IMG/VR virus record: IMGVR_UViG_3300037558_000788
Location: 1 to 59,828 of that record
Strand: one strand, 5' to 3'
From: a virus
Taxonomy: Duplodnaviria; Caudoviricetes
DNA length: 59,828 nt
Shown: piece by piece, positions 9,504 through 20,000 of the stretch
Position numbering within the stretch: position 1 is the first letter of the stretch
How the letters are laid out: each line of letters starts with the position of its first letter
Program-made: the position numbers and the translations under genes
The notes under the pieces: generated by a model
What the model was told of the DNA's origin: nothing
Databases searched by the model: none
The model's input: only the letters and a program-made list of their open reading frames with translations

Positions 9504-9762
9504 ATTGGGGTTTAAGTGCCGCTTTTCTAGCACTGCGTTTAGCCATGATTTTACCTTTATTCTTGCGGTAATACTCTTTGTTGTAGTTACTTACACGTTT
9601 TTTGAACTCCCCATACTCCTCTGGTTCAAGGACTTTGCTTATCTCTAATTTCCGAGAGTAGCTGTATTTCGTCCTCCGATAATACTCATTTTGATAACCG
9701 AGTCGCTTTTCCCGATTCTCTAAATAGTATTCCTTTTTCTTTTTTGGGTCGTATTGGGCCAT
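9502..9762 (-). CDS. Small basic Lys/Tyr-rich helical protein, putative DNA-binding
   Basis: 86 aa with repeated KEYY..N motifs; preceded by its own promoter. Confidence 0.7.
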   Translation of the reverse strand: MAQYDPKKKKEYYLENREKRLGYQNEYYRRTKYSYSRKLEISKVLEPEEYGEFKKRVSNYNKEYYRKNKGKIMAKRSARKAALKPQ

Positions 9763-9767
9763 AGCCG

Positions 9768-9796
9768 ACCTTACCCGATAGCCAGACCCCCGTCAA
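9768..9796 (-). promoter_or_regulatory. Sigma70-like promoter in leaderless geometry
   Basis: TTGACG-17 nt-TAAGGT, ending 5 nt before the ATG at 9762. Confidence 0.6.
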
Positions 9797-9869
9797 TTTT
9801 TTTCTAAACATACATATATGTACACACTCACGCGCAAAAAAAAGCCGGACCCCACCCGTGGCGTGTCTA

Positions 9870-10030
9870 CGAACCCTGAATCCCGAACCCCGAGCCATGA
9901 ATCAAACGCCACAAATAAATTATTCAGGGTTCAGGATACGGTATGCAGGATTCGGAAGACTGACCTTCCGAGAAGATGTTGGTGGTCATCAACTACCATC
10001 CAATTTATCCCGTATCCTGTATCCTGTATC
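9870..10030. repeat. Degenerate heptamer repeats (GAACCCT/GTATCCT type) in both orientations
   Basis: gaaccctgaatcccgaaccccgagcc; ttcagggttcaggatacgg; tatcccgtatcctgtatcctgtatc. Confidence 0.6.
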
Positions 10031-10149
10031 TTTACCGTAAGGACAGATTAGTTAAGGGAGGTTAACTAACGGATGTGGCTCTGTATCCCTTATAGAATCA
10101 AGGATTATTGAAAAAGTATTAGTTTTATGTTGTTAAAGTTTATCGTTTG

Positions 10150-10584
10150 TTTACGTTGTGGAAGTCACCGCAAGGAGGCACCCATTCAATCCCAAGCAAC
10201 GTTCGCAGTGATTAATGGTTGAAGGATAGGTCGGTCAACAACCTTCTAGATCTCAAGAAGATCTTACCTGAACGCCCAGTGATGGGGCAGCATTTTGAAT
10301 TGCCAGCAAGTCACTGCCAGCGGGAACGGCGATTGAATCCCCGTTTCGACAATGTGATTACCGTAGTATGCAGCTTACCAGCAGCCTTCTCGATCAGCTC
10401 AGATAGGAGCGATGAGATCTAGCGATGTAAGAGTAAGAGGGATACTACCACACCAACCCAGCACGCGATCAGCTCAGAAGGAGCGATCAGCTCTGGCTCT
10501 GGTAGTGAATCACAAGTGAAAAGCTAGTGCCACCTTTTGGTGGCCATAGCTCACAGCTACCAGTCATCTGGTGGTTGTGAGCTA
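10150..10584 (+). ncRNA. Candidate structured non-coding RNA or long leader
   Basis: No convincing ORF; many nested inverted repeats; follows an AT-rich promoter-like stretch (TGTTAAAGT near 10131-10139). Confidence 0.4.
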
Positions 10585-10787
10585 TGGAATACGAAGAATA
10601 CAACTACGCTATTGCGAATGAAGATGGACTCTATTATCGAGGCACAGCCTACGGTGACAAAAGAGATTGGACTACTGAAACAAGAGGATGGTGTGATGGG
10701 GCTTATACTTACAGCCTTAATGGTGCTTGGAGAAAGATATGCGCCTTTCCAAAGATGTTTGATAAGTGTGAAGTCATCCGCCTATAG
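10584..10787 (+). CDS. Hypothetical early protein
   Basis: 67 aa; first of a run of small plus-strand ORFs. Confidence 0.6.
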   Translation: MEYEEYNYAIANEDGLYYRGTAYGDKRDWTTETRGWCDGAYTYSLNGAWRKICAFPKMFDKCEVIRL

Positions 10788-10796
10788 TTAAACGCT

Positions 10797-10991
10797 ATGA
10801 CTAAGAATATGACTAAACAAGACTGGATGTATAAAGTCCTAGAGTTGAAACTCGAAATCGCGAAGGCGGATGATGCCATCAACGATCTGAGATCGTACCT
10901 TCTCAGCGATAAATTCCACAAAGACCCAACGGTTCAAGTCAGCGATGTCCTTCGCTACCTTGAAAACGTTAGGCTTTATCCTGAACCCTGA
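10797..10991 (+). CDS. Hypothetical early protein
   Basis: 64 aa, helical, closely follows the previous ORF. Confidence 0.65.
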   Translation: MTKNMTKQDWMYKVLELKLEIAKADDAINDLRSYLLSDKFHKDPTVQVSDVLRYLENVRLYPEP

Positions 10992-11146
10992 ACCAACCCA
11001 TGAAATCAAAAAACAAAAGGCGTAATTTTTACGCAAAATCAATGGCGAGCTGCAAAACTAGCGACACTAGTCTCGTTCGCGAACACCGAACGGGCGTGTC
11101 GAAGCACGCGAAAGGTAGGTTTTCACCCACGAAACGTAAGCGAAAA

Positions 11147-11188
11147 CCCTGAACCCTGAACCCTGAACCCTGAACCCTGAACCCTGAA
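11147..11188. repeat. Perfect tandem heptamer (CCCTGAA)x6
   Basis: Read directly; intergenic, upstream of the DUF932-like gene. Confidence 0.95.
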
Positions 11189-11278
11189 CCGTGCGCCTTG
11201 TATCACGCAAGGCGCATCATTCAGAGGTCACAATGAACCACTGAAACCAAACAATAAAACAATAGAAAGAAAATAGCT

Positions 11279-12322
11279 ATGCACAACATTACTAAGATTG
11301 ATACTGTCCTCTGCCCTGAAGGTTCTAAATACAGAACATGGCATGGGTTAGAGCAGACTACCCCACTACCCATCACCGAACGGGTAGCTGAGGATTACGA
11401 GTTGCTGCCACACGTATCGAAGCAGCACATGTACGTTGACGGTCTAGAAAAGGAGGTTGAGAACTTCAAAGCTCTGACCACCATCGACAAGACTGGTCAG
11501 AAGGTCACGCTCGACGTGGTCACTGACAGATACAGCATTATTCAGAATCGCCAAGTCTTCAAGACAATGTCAGAATCCTTCAAGGGAACTGGTCTTGAAT
11601 ACACGCTCTCGTGCATCGGCACGTTGGGTGGCCTTAAGAAGTTCTTCATCTCAGTTGCAGTAGGTGACGACGATGGAGGTTTCATGGTAAACGATGACAA
11701 GTTTTACGGGAACGTGAACTTCATCACCAGCCATGATGGTGGCTCGTTTCACGCTCACGATTCACTTACAAGGATCGTGTGCCAGAACACGCTTAGGTCT
11801 TCTTTATCCGGTCAGAAGAATGTCGATTTCAAGATCAGACATAAAGGCGACACACAAGCGAAATGTGAGGATCTCTCACGCTACCTTAAGAACGTGTTCA
11901 CCGCTCGTGAAGTCTTCATCGAGAAGATGGGTAGGCTCGCCGACCATAAGGTGAATGGTGAAGACATCCGACAAGTCGTTGGTGGCTACTTCGTCATGGA
12001 AGCCTTCAAGCGTGGCGAGAAGTTAGATGAGGGATTCAAAACCCGCTCTCTTAACATGATCGACGGGATCACAGACCTTGCTATAAATGGCCAAGGCAAT
12101 CGTGGTCAGTCACTATATGATACGTTGAACGGTGCTACTGAATTCTGGACATCGGGAGATGGAGTCGGACAGTCTGCTACGGCAGGTAAGAAAGCTTACA
12201 GTTCCGAATTCGGAACAGCAGCAGCTAACAAAGAACGGTTTGCGGAATACCTGACCAGCGGATTGTTCCAGTCAACTGATCTGGAAGCAAACACACAGCG
12301 TATCCTCGCTCTATCTCATTAA
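11279..12322 (+). CDS. DUF932/DUF945-family phage protein
   Basis: WHGL, V...YSIIQN, SHDG...RIVCQNTL, IRH and YDTLNGATE motifs. Confidence 0.8.
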   Translation: MHNITKIDTVLCPEGSKYRTWHGLEQTTPLPITERVAEDYELLPHVSKQHMYVDGLEKEVENFKALTTIDKTGQKVTLDVVTDRYSIIQNRQVFKTMSESFKGTGLEYTLSCIGTLGGLKKFFISVAVGDDDGGFMVNDDKFYGNVNFITSHDGGSFHAHDSLTRIVCQNTLRSSLSGQKNVDFKIRHKGDTQAKCEDLSRYLKNVFTAREVFIEKMGRLADHKVNGEDIRQVVGGYFVMEAFKRGEKLDEGFKTRSLNMIDGITDLAINGQGNRGQSLYDTLNGATEFWTSGDGVGQSATAGKKAYSSEFGTAAANKERFAEYLTSGLFQSTDLEANTQRILALSH

Positions 12323-12396
12323 TTCCCACCCTGCGTCTCGCCTAACGGCGGGGCGTAGTCGGGAGTGAATGTCCACTCCACTAAACATTAAAAGAT

Positions 12397-12525
12397 ATGG
12401 TTAAAACTAATACACTAATATGGACCGCGATCTGGTTTGTTCCAGCCGTCGCGACTCTTCACTACGTCGGGATCGATACCATCGTACGTGCTGTCATTCA
12501 AACCCTGTTCAACATTCTAGGATGA
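12397..12525 (+). CDS. Small hydrophobic protein (42 aa; not in the ORF track)
   Basis: MVKTNTLIWTAIWFVPAVATLHYVG...; ATGA overlap with the next gene. Confidence 0.55.
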   Translation: MVKTNTLIWTAIWFVPAVATLHYVGIDTIVRAVIQTLFNILG

Positions 12526-12818
12526 GTGGTAAGCCGATGGCGTTAAGTAAGGAGCCGATGGAGATCACCATTGAGGTGACTCCACACCCACCGTTTGAAG
12601 GGACGACCACCTACCGTGCGCTTGCGTGGGTAGGCGATCAGTACTCAACCACCCTCTACTCTCAGAGCGAAGGGTTCTGTCAGGAGTGGTGCGCTGACGA
12701 AGCAGCGAAGAAATTGTCAAAAATGATGCGTTGGCAGTACCCGAAAGCTGTTTTTAAGACTAAGCTCACCAAGAAGGTCGAGACTAAGTTCTCGTCAATG
12801 CTCAAATCAGCGATATGA
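12522..12818 (+). CDS. Hypothetical early protein
   Basis: Start MSGKPMAL chosen from the ATGA coupling; also coupled to the next ORF. Confidence 0.6.
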   Translation: MSGKPMALSKEPMEITIEVTPHPPFEGTTTYRALAWVGDQYSTTLYSQSEGFCQEWCADEAAKKLSKMMRWQYPKAVFKTKLTKKVETKFSSMLKSAI

Positions 12819-13114
12819 AATACGAAAGACAACCTAATAAGCCCGACTGGTATCGTTCCGACGATACCAAACTTTATCGCGCCGCAACGTCAGGCTCGTC
12901 ACCGTTCAATGAATGGTATGAGTTTGACGATAGAGCGGAAGCCGTCGAGCATTTCGCGGACCAGACCGAAACCGACCAATTTTGTTGGATCGGCGGAGAG
13001 ATCTTCCACCTCGAAGACCTCGAATACGATGAGGTGATCGAAGGTTTCGTCAGGATTAAAGGTGTGAAACCCGCCGACCTCGATGAGGTAGTTCAATCCG
13101 TTAGTAGATTCTAA
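12815..13114 (+). CDS. Hypothetical acidic early protein
   Basis: 99 aa; ATGA overlap. Confidence 0.7.
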   Translation: MKYERQPNKPDWYRSDDTKLYRAATSGSSPFNEWYEFDDRAEAVEHFADQTETDQFCWIGGEIFHLEDLEYDEVIEGFVRIKGVKPADLDEVVQSVSRF

Positions 13115-13129
13115 AAACCAACCTGAACT

Positions 13130-13345
13130 ATGAAAAAAACAATAAGCCGAACCGCCCAGATTCATGGGCGGGGATCGCAACCCTACCGTTGGGTTTCCCG
13201 ACTCACAGTGGAAGAAAAAGACGCCGTGAGGAGAGGGGAACTAGTCCTCATTCGTGATCACCACCCCCTGTCGGGATGTGATTACAAAAAGGTCGTTTAT
13301 CATAAACGATCTAAAAGATTTGGCCACCGCAACTACAACCCATGA
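13130..13345 (+). CDS. Hypothetical basic early protein
   Basis: 71 aa within the operon. Confidence 0.65.
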   Translation: MKKTISRTAQIHGRGSQPYRWVSRLTVEEKDAVRRGELVLIRDHHPLSGCDYKKVVYHKRSKRFGHRNYNP

Positions 13346-13497
13346 TTCTAGATATGGACTATTTACAAATCATCGGCCTGATCCTCACGGCCCCGTTAGC
13401 TCTTATCGTAATTACTGCGAACATGGTTAAGACTGAATCGCGCCGCCTCCGCAAGATGCGGGAGCGTGCCGACCAAAAGAAAAGGAGGCGGGCATGA
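13342..13497 (+). CDS. Small membrane protein (51 aa; not in the ORF track)
   Basis: One hydrophobic helix (IIGLILTAPLALIVITA) and a basic tail; ATGA overlaps at both ends. Confidence 0.6.
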   Translation: MILDMDYLQIIGLILTAPLALIVITANMVKTESRRLRKMRERADQKKRRRA

Positions 13498-13928
13498 TTA
13501 TCTTGCACCAAGATCCTTGCGTATCAGCTCGCGAGCTTTGCGATAAAGACCTACGAAAAACCCTTAAACAAGCTGGAGATCTCGCGTTTAAAGCCCTTGA
13601 GAATCGCTCAGATGAAAGCGACCCTACCCTCCTGTGGGTGTGTCGCTATCCTGCTAACTTAAAATGGACCATAGAATACGCTCAATTTTGCGCGGCAGAA
13701 TCTTACTATCGATTCGGTCGCAAGCGAGCGAGAGTATCCTATCCTGTCCTTCAACTACCCGACATATCTGCGGGATCGGTTGAGGGCTTACCTAGTAAGC
13801 CTGAATACTGGAGGGACCACTACAAAAAAGTGGTGGCTCCCAAATCGGTCTGGCCAAACTTGCTATGGTCAAAGCGATACCCACCGGATTGGTTGTCGCG
13901 AATCATATTTCCGAACGCGATTCATTGA
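13494..13928 (+). CDS. Divergent pyrimidine-dimer DNA glycosylase-like (DenV family) protein
   Basis: N-terminal DP..SA..LCDK...K, central P...WV....N..W...Y..RFG, and C-terminal W.KR.PPDW resemble this family. Confidence 0.55.
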   Translation: MIILHQDPCVSARELCDKDLRKTLKQAGDLAFKALENRSDESDPTLLWVCRYPANLKWTIEYAQFCAAESYYRFGRKRARVSYPVLQLPDISAGSVEGLPSKPEYWRDHYKKVVAPKSVWPNLLWSKRYPPDWLSRIIFPNAIH

Positions 13929-13943
13929 AGACATAGCACCGAA

Positions 13944-13977
13944 GGAGGTGGGGATCTCTCCCCACCTCCTTTTTTTG
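13944..13977 (+). terminator. Rho-independent terminator ending the early region
   Basis: GGAGGTGGGGA-loop-TCCCCACCTCC followed by eight T. Confidence 0.9.
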
Positions 13978-14005
13978 TGCCTAGACTTAAACCAATCGAA
14001 CCTAA

Positions 14006-14040
14006 TAAGTGGGAAATTCTTATCTGTTTTTTCCCACTTA
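14006..14040. terminator. Second hairpin at the convergent boundary, possible minus-strand terminator
   Basis: TAAGTGGGAAA...TTTCCCACTTA inverted repeat just downstream of the giant gene. Confidence 0.45.
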
Positions 14041-14071
14041 AATACTATCATCTCATTATCCAAGCGAAAAC

Positions 14072-17000
14072 CTATTCCGGTTCAGTGACGGGGCGCACTG
14101 GGATGTATCGATTTTGAGTCTGCATATAGTTTACAACTTGCTTGGCTCGTTCGATGCCGTAGTCCTTGTTTTGAGGCTTGAGTAAAGTCTCGATGATATT
14201 GAGGGTTGGCGGCTTGTCCATGTAACCGTAAGTCAGTAACTGCATACGCTTCTTACCCACGTTGAGATCCTTCATAGTCTTGCCGATCTTAGCAGAATCG
14301 ATACCTAGAGAATTGTAGCCTCTAGTTATCCGCATGAGTTCGTAGTTCATCTTACGGCGAGCTTCGATATTGTCATCGATGATCTGACGAACCGTTTCTT
14401 CTGTCATCGGAACATTACGTCGAAGCTGACCAAGCTCACTCTTCACGTTAGCGAATCGTTTGTTATGGTCCAAGAGATACCTCTCATACTGTCGCTGTAG
14501 ATCAACCTCGTGGAAACGAGCAGGAGCAACTCCTTTGGAAAGCTCACCCATCATTCCAGAGAGTGATTGAGTCTCGAGTCCTTTTACGAAGTCCTTACCA
14601 ATGCGAGGCGCGTATGCTTCTCCAGCTATGAACTCAAAGAGCTTGTAAGCAACATCGATTGGATCATCTACTCCTTTGTTCCAAATAGGTTTGCCAGTGG
14701 ATTGGTTAGTGTTGTTAGCTGCGTTGATCGCGGTTCCGGCTAAGATCTGAGTATCTAAGAACTGATCTTTAACATACCCTAAAGCGAAAGCGGCCCCCGC
14801 CTCACTGTATTCTCCGGCCCTGATCTTTTCCATAGAGCGGAGAATCGGATCGACGGTTCCTGCAAAAGGATTCAGGTAAGTGGCATCGAATGAAGTCAGC
14901 TTACCACCTAACGTGAAGTAATAGAATGTATGCCCGCGATAATATTCTGGAATACCTGCTCGCATGGCCTCGTCCTCGTGTTCATCGTCTCCTATTCCTG
15001 TCATCGCTGCTGCGATCATGGGGACCGCAGAAGAAAGACCAGCTAACACGAACGTCATTGAAGACATCCGAAGGATTCCCCTCTGACGCATGACCGGATC
15101 TCCACTACGGAATTCCTCTAAACCTAGCTTATAAGTGTTGAAAGGAATACGGAACATCTCAGCCTTGAATCGGAGGAACGGCGCAAACATCAATCCAAGT
15201 GGAGACTTGGTTATGTCTGTGATGAGCGGAGGTGCTTGGCTGTAAGACTGTGCCGTCATGAGAACTTTCCTCGCGGCTTCACGCTTACGCTGCATCGGAG
15301 ACATCTGGCCGAACTTGCCTTCAGGATTCTGTGCCGCAGCCCTCTCAATATACCCCAACTCATGTTGATAATACACTGCTTTGTAAGCAGCATCTAGAGC
15401 GGCGGACAGGTCTTGAGCTTTCTTCTCGATAGCAGCTAGAACTTTCTTAGGCTTGTTAAGCTTTGACTTTTCCATCAGCCCTTCAAGCTCTTTCTGGATA
15501 CCGTCGGGATTCTGTTTTCCGTTGAGGAGATCTCTCATGACCCCTGCACGAAGTTCGTCTCCCATAACTCCAAGACCAATCATCTCAGTAACAACCGGAT
15601 CGATCTCACCGTCTTTCCCGAACAGAGCTTTGAAGGATGCCCCGCCCATGCTAGTGAACATCTGGTCATACCTGAAGAAGCCTTGTGAGGTTCCGAAGAT
15701 GAAGTTACCGAGGGCGTTACGGAAATAGAAACCAACGCTACCTAACGTCTTAGCAGCCATCGCTTTACCACTAAGTTTAGAGGCTAAAGTAAACGCTCCG
15801 TTAACTAAACGTTCTGAAGTTCCAGCGTATTCTTGAATATAGGTATTGTTAAGAGTTTGCTGCAAAGCTTCTTTAAACTCTGGGTGAACATACATATCAG
15901 TCATCGGGTCGTTAGCCCCATCTGTCTGACCCATTCTAACTGACTCCCAACCTGCATACTTCTTGCGGCTCTCATCTGTAGCAAACTTAGTTTCAGCACT
16001 GATGAGTAGACCTTCTTTCTCCCCCGCATAAAATTTAAGTTGCTCAAGGAAAGACTTCTGAGCTGCAATATTAGCAACAGTAGAATAGGTCCGTAAGATT
16101 AAGTCTGTTCCGGTTTCTGCTCCATACTCTCCAAGAAGATCTCTGATTGGTTTAGGTAGGTCAGATCTCTTCTTGAAGTTATCAACCATCATCTTAAAGC
16201 CTGATGGCGACTGACCTTTGGTTTTAGCCTTTGAATCGTATTGTGATAAGAACGCATCCAGAGTCTGTTGCCCGTAAGAGTAGTGGGGGTTCTGGAGATT
16301 CAGCTTATCAAGTTCACGCCTAGCAAGTTGCTTGGCTTCTTGATAGGTCATCGGCTTCTTATTCTCGTCAGCATCCTTTTTAATTTTGTCAGCAGTGTCA
16401 CTAATGAACTGTCCCTCAAAGAACTCCATCGCAGCTTCTCTAACGTCAGCATAACTAGCATCCTCTTTAACCATCTCAAGATAGTTTGAGTCAGTGAACA
16501 TACGATAAGCCCTAGTTAGGTAGACCTCTCCAGTTCTGGAAACCTTTATAGAAACATCATCATTGAGTCCCATCTCAACCAGCTTTTTCTGGATTGGTAT
16601 GATGTGGTTCTGACGAATCTCAATAATGAATGAAGCGAGATCTGGTGATGCCGCAGCGAGGTCTCGCAATGCTTTGTTTCTTTCTTCCTCAGCAATCTTT
16701 ACTGCCTCGTCATACGCCTTACCAATGATATTGTTCTTACCTTCTTTTGCAGCTTCACGTTCTGCTTTTGCTTCGTCAGTTGTAATCACACCCGAAGACC
16801 TACGTGAGGCTATTTCGTCAAGCTTCTCGTCATACGCCTTGTCGATAAGACCAAGACGTTCTTCAGAAACAAGTGAGTCGGATCGGTATCCTTGTGCTTT
16901 GGCAATAAGATCCATTGGGGCGTTATCATAACTTCCATAAGTCTCTACGATCAGACGGTCCATCTTCCTCTTGAACTTAGTCATATTATCTTCTGCCGCC

Positions 17001-20000
17001 TTGCGGTAGAATGATCTGTTCTCAATTAAGCGTCGGTAAGGTTCACTGATCTCACCTGCCACTAACTTGTTCAACCAATTCAGTAGCCTGTTCTCTGGAC
17101 CTTTAGCGCCTATCTCAAGCATCGGCATCTCAAGTAGATCAACAACTGGGTTGAGATTAAGATCAGATTGAAGAGGGTTAGGATCTGAAGGCGCAGCGAA
17201 CTGTAACGGTAAAGAGTTACTCTCAGCGGCTTCATTCGGCTCAACAAACTTCAAGCTAGTATTAGAAACTCCACTAGATGGTGGGAAATAGCTATCAAGC
17301 TTGCTCTGAGGAACAGGTTGGTCTGTATCAATATCGTGAGATACTTCGTCCCACTTGTAAGACTTACTGAGAACATTAATCTTAGGTGTAACACCTTTCT
17401 CTTTACTTACGATAGTGAATGGGTAGCTCTCATGCTCAGGTGCAGGGACCGCTTCCACCTCACCGTCAATTTCTAAGACGGCATAAATGTTTCCAGTCTT
17501 CCTGTCCAATTGCTGGAAAGTCTTGATGAAAGGTTCAGTGAACATATCACCCAACCCCTGTAAGATAGCTGGTCTACTAAGTTTACGGTCTCTAAGAGTT
17601 TTTGAAACGTAGTCGTTACTACCTGCTAAGATCGAAGCAATTCGGAAAGCTTGGATTTGTTTAGTCTCTTCTTTTTTCTGGTCCTCCTCCGACATCAATT
17701 TAATCTTATCTTTCGATGGAGAACTGAGAGTGTCTGATACACCAAGAGCTAACCTCGACACGAAATCTTTTCGGACAGGGAAGACGGAGTCGTCTGGCCC
17801 AAGAAGCTCCCGAAGGTTTCTGATATTCTGGTCGAGACCGTCTTTGATTTTAAGACGCCTAGATAATTTCTTTACAGCTCCACTATTCGTTGTGTGTTCA
17901 GCTTCATTAGCGGCTTCAACAAGTATCTTGTTAAGGGTAGCTTTATTTAAACCATAAAAACGTGGGTTATCTGTGAGCTTTCGGAAGAAGTTTATAGATC
18001 CTACAGCCATCGTTGTCGATGAGAACATCTTAGTAACATCAGCAGATGTCAAAGCCATCAAGATCTTACCATTGTTCTTGGCAGAAATCTGATTAAGAGC
18101 GGCCTCCATCTCCTTAGCTTTAGATCTAGTCGAAGCCCAGAAGTAACCTTGATCAGAAAACTGGACAGGGTAATAAACACCACCCTTACCTGTTACGATT
18201 GTGTCTCCATCTAGTGTCACTTCCCCAGCGAATGCTGTGTCTGGCTGGTGTAACAGCACGCTTAGTCCTGCAAACTGTCTAATATCCTGACTAACTTTAA
18301 TCACTCCAGCTTCACGTAGCTGGTTAAATTTCTCTTGCTCTCTAAGATAGACATGTTCAATAGCTCCTTCAGGTGCTGCTCTTAGGATCTCATCATCTAT
18401 ATTTTTATCTTCAGGGCTAGCGTAGAATGCGAAGTTCGCGTCAGGATTATTAACATCAAAAGATTTTATGTTTGGCTGGCGGACGAACCCTGATTGGATA
18501 GCCCGCATCTCGTTGATCATCTTATTCAGAGCCACACCACCAGCACCCCCTAATTGCGTACGATTGGCAGCAAATCGGCGGATAGCTGCTGCAAAGTATC
18601 TTTTCAGGATTGCAAGTAAGGAAGGATTGCTCTTCCAAAAACGAGTGTCCTCTTCAGTGGTGTAACCACGAGTCGCTTTCTGAAGATACATTCTAAGTTT
18701 TTCTTCAGCGAGAATTCGTTTGGTTTGGAGAACGACTTCTGGGTCTTCAGATTTTAAACCGTCGTGGAATTCTTTGGCGAATGACTCATCCTTAGTGTTG
18801 GATGTATACTCTGCGAGGATGTCAAGGTAGTCAGTATCACTTAAACTTTCTACGTATGCGTCAACCTCAGCTTGTGTCAGTCCATTGAAGCTCGCGGTGT
18901 GTGCAAGCTCTTCATTGATCGACACACCAATTATACCCCTTGCCGCTAGATAACTATTGTTCTTAACTTTAGCAGCTAGCACGATTGGGTTAATAAAGAT
19001 TGTGGATTCATCCTTACTAACAGCGGCGAGGCTGCCACCCATACCCTCAATCTTTGTCTTGATAATTATTGAAGGCGGAATAAGAGAGCGAATAAAATCT
19101 TTAACGCTCTGCGCGTCAGACTGCTGGTCAGGGGATAAGCGATCAAAGAAGTCTTCTGGGAATGCCTCGGGCTGAACTTCTATAGGTGCTTCCTCCTCTA
19201 CCTGAACGTCTTCTTCTACAGGCGCACTAAACAGCGCGTCGTTAACAACAGAAGATCCTAATGCTTTCGCGTTAGTAGTTGTTGATCTGCGTGTATTCTT
19301 CCCTAGATCCAAAACATCTTTGAAGGACTTAACATATTGATTGAGTTCGTTGGTGTTCACACCACGGAACATAGAGACCATTGAGTTAAGCGTGCGATCA
19401 AACACCTTAGTGCGAGGACCAGTTAACGTCTTAACGTAACTCTGGAAATCAGGAGACAAGAAGAAATGAGCTACAAACTCGTCAAGGTTAACGAGTCCAA
19501 CCTGAATAACTGGATTACGTTTCCCTGTCGCAGATACTTGCCTATCGTAGGCTTCGTTTACCTTATTAAATAAAGTGACTAGCCTTTTCTTCGCAGCTTT
19601 CTGCGTTGTGTTCAACGGTCTTCCTGTCTCTGCAATCGTATCAGAGACAACAGCATGTGCGTATTCTTCAAGTAAAGTGTTTACAAGACCGCGACCATTG
19701 CCAGTTGCTTTGTTAATGAAAACAATATGATCTCCATGAATAGATTTAACGTATTTACCAGCAATGTTGGTATCGCCTTGCCCGACCACAAACTTAACAT
19801 TCTTGATGAACGCTTGATCCTCTAACAACAGTTTGGCAAATAACTTATGGTTCGGGTTTTTATCTGACTCCGCGATCTTTCCAAGAGCAGACACAACACT
19901 GTCTGAGTTTCCACTTTCCAATCCAAGGTCTGCAATAACAACGTCGTTCGCTTGCGCGATGCCACGTCTCTGAGCTTCCGATAACAGAGAAACAGAAAGG

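Noticed and set aside
10290-10350. tRNA- or tmRNA-like element
   Set aside because: No canonical TTCRA T-loop, cloverleaf or matching acceptor stem could be built.
10219-10422. 67-aa ORF in the structured region
   Set aside because: TTG start, no coupling to neighbours and no protein motif; the pairing pattern is better explained as non-coding.
11147-11188. Eukaryotic telomere contamination
   Set aside because: Only six internal units within continuous phage sequence, with related copies nearby.
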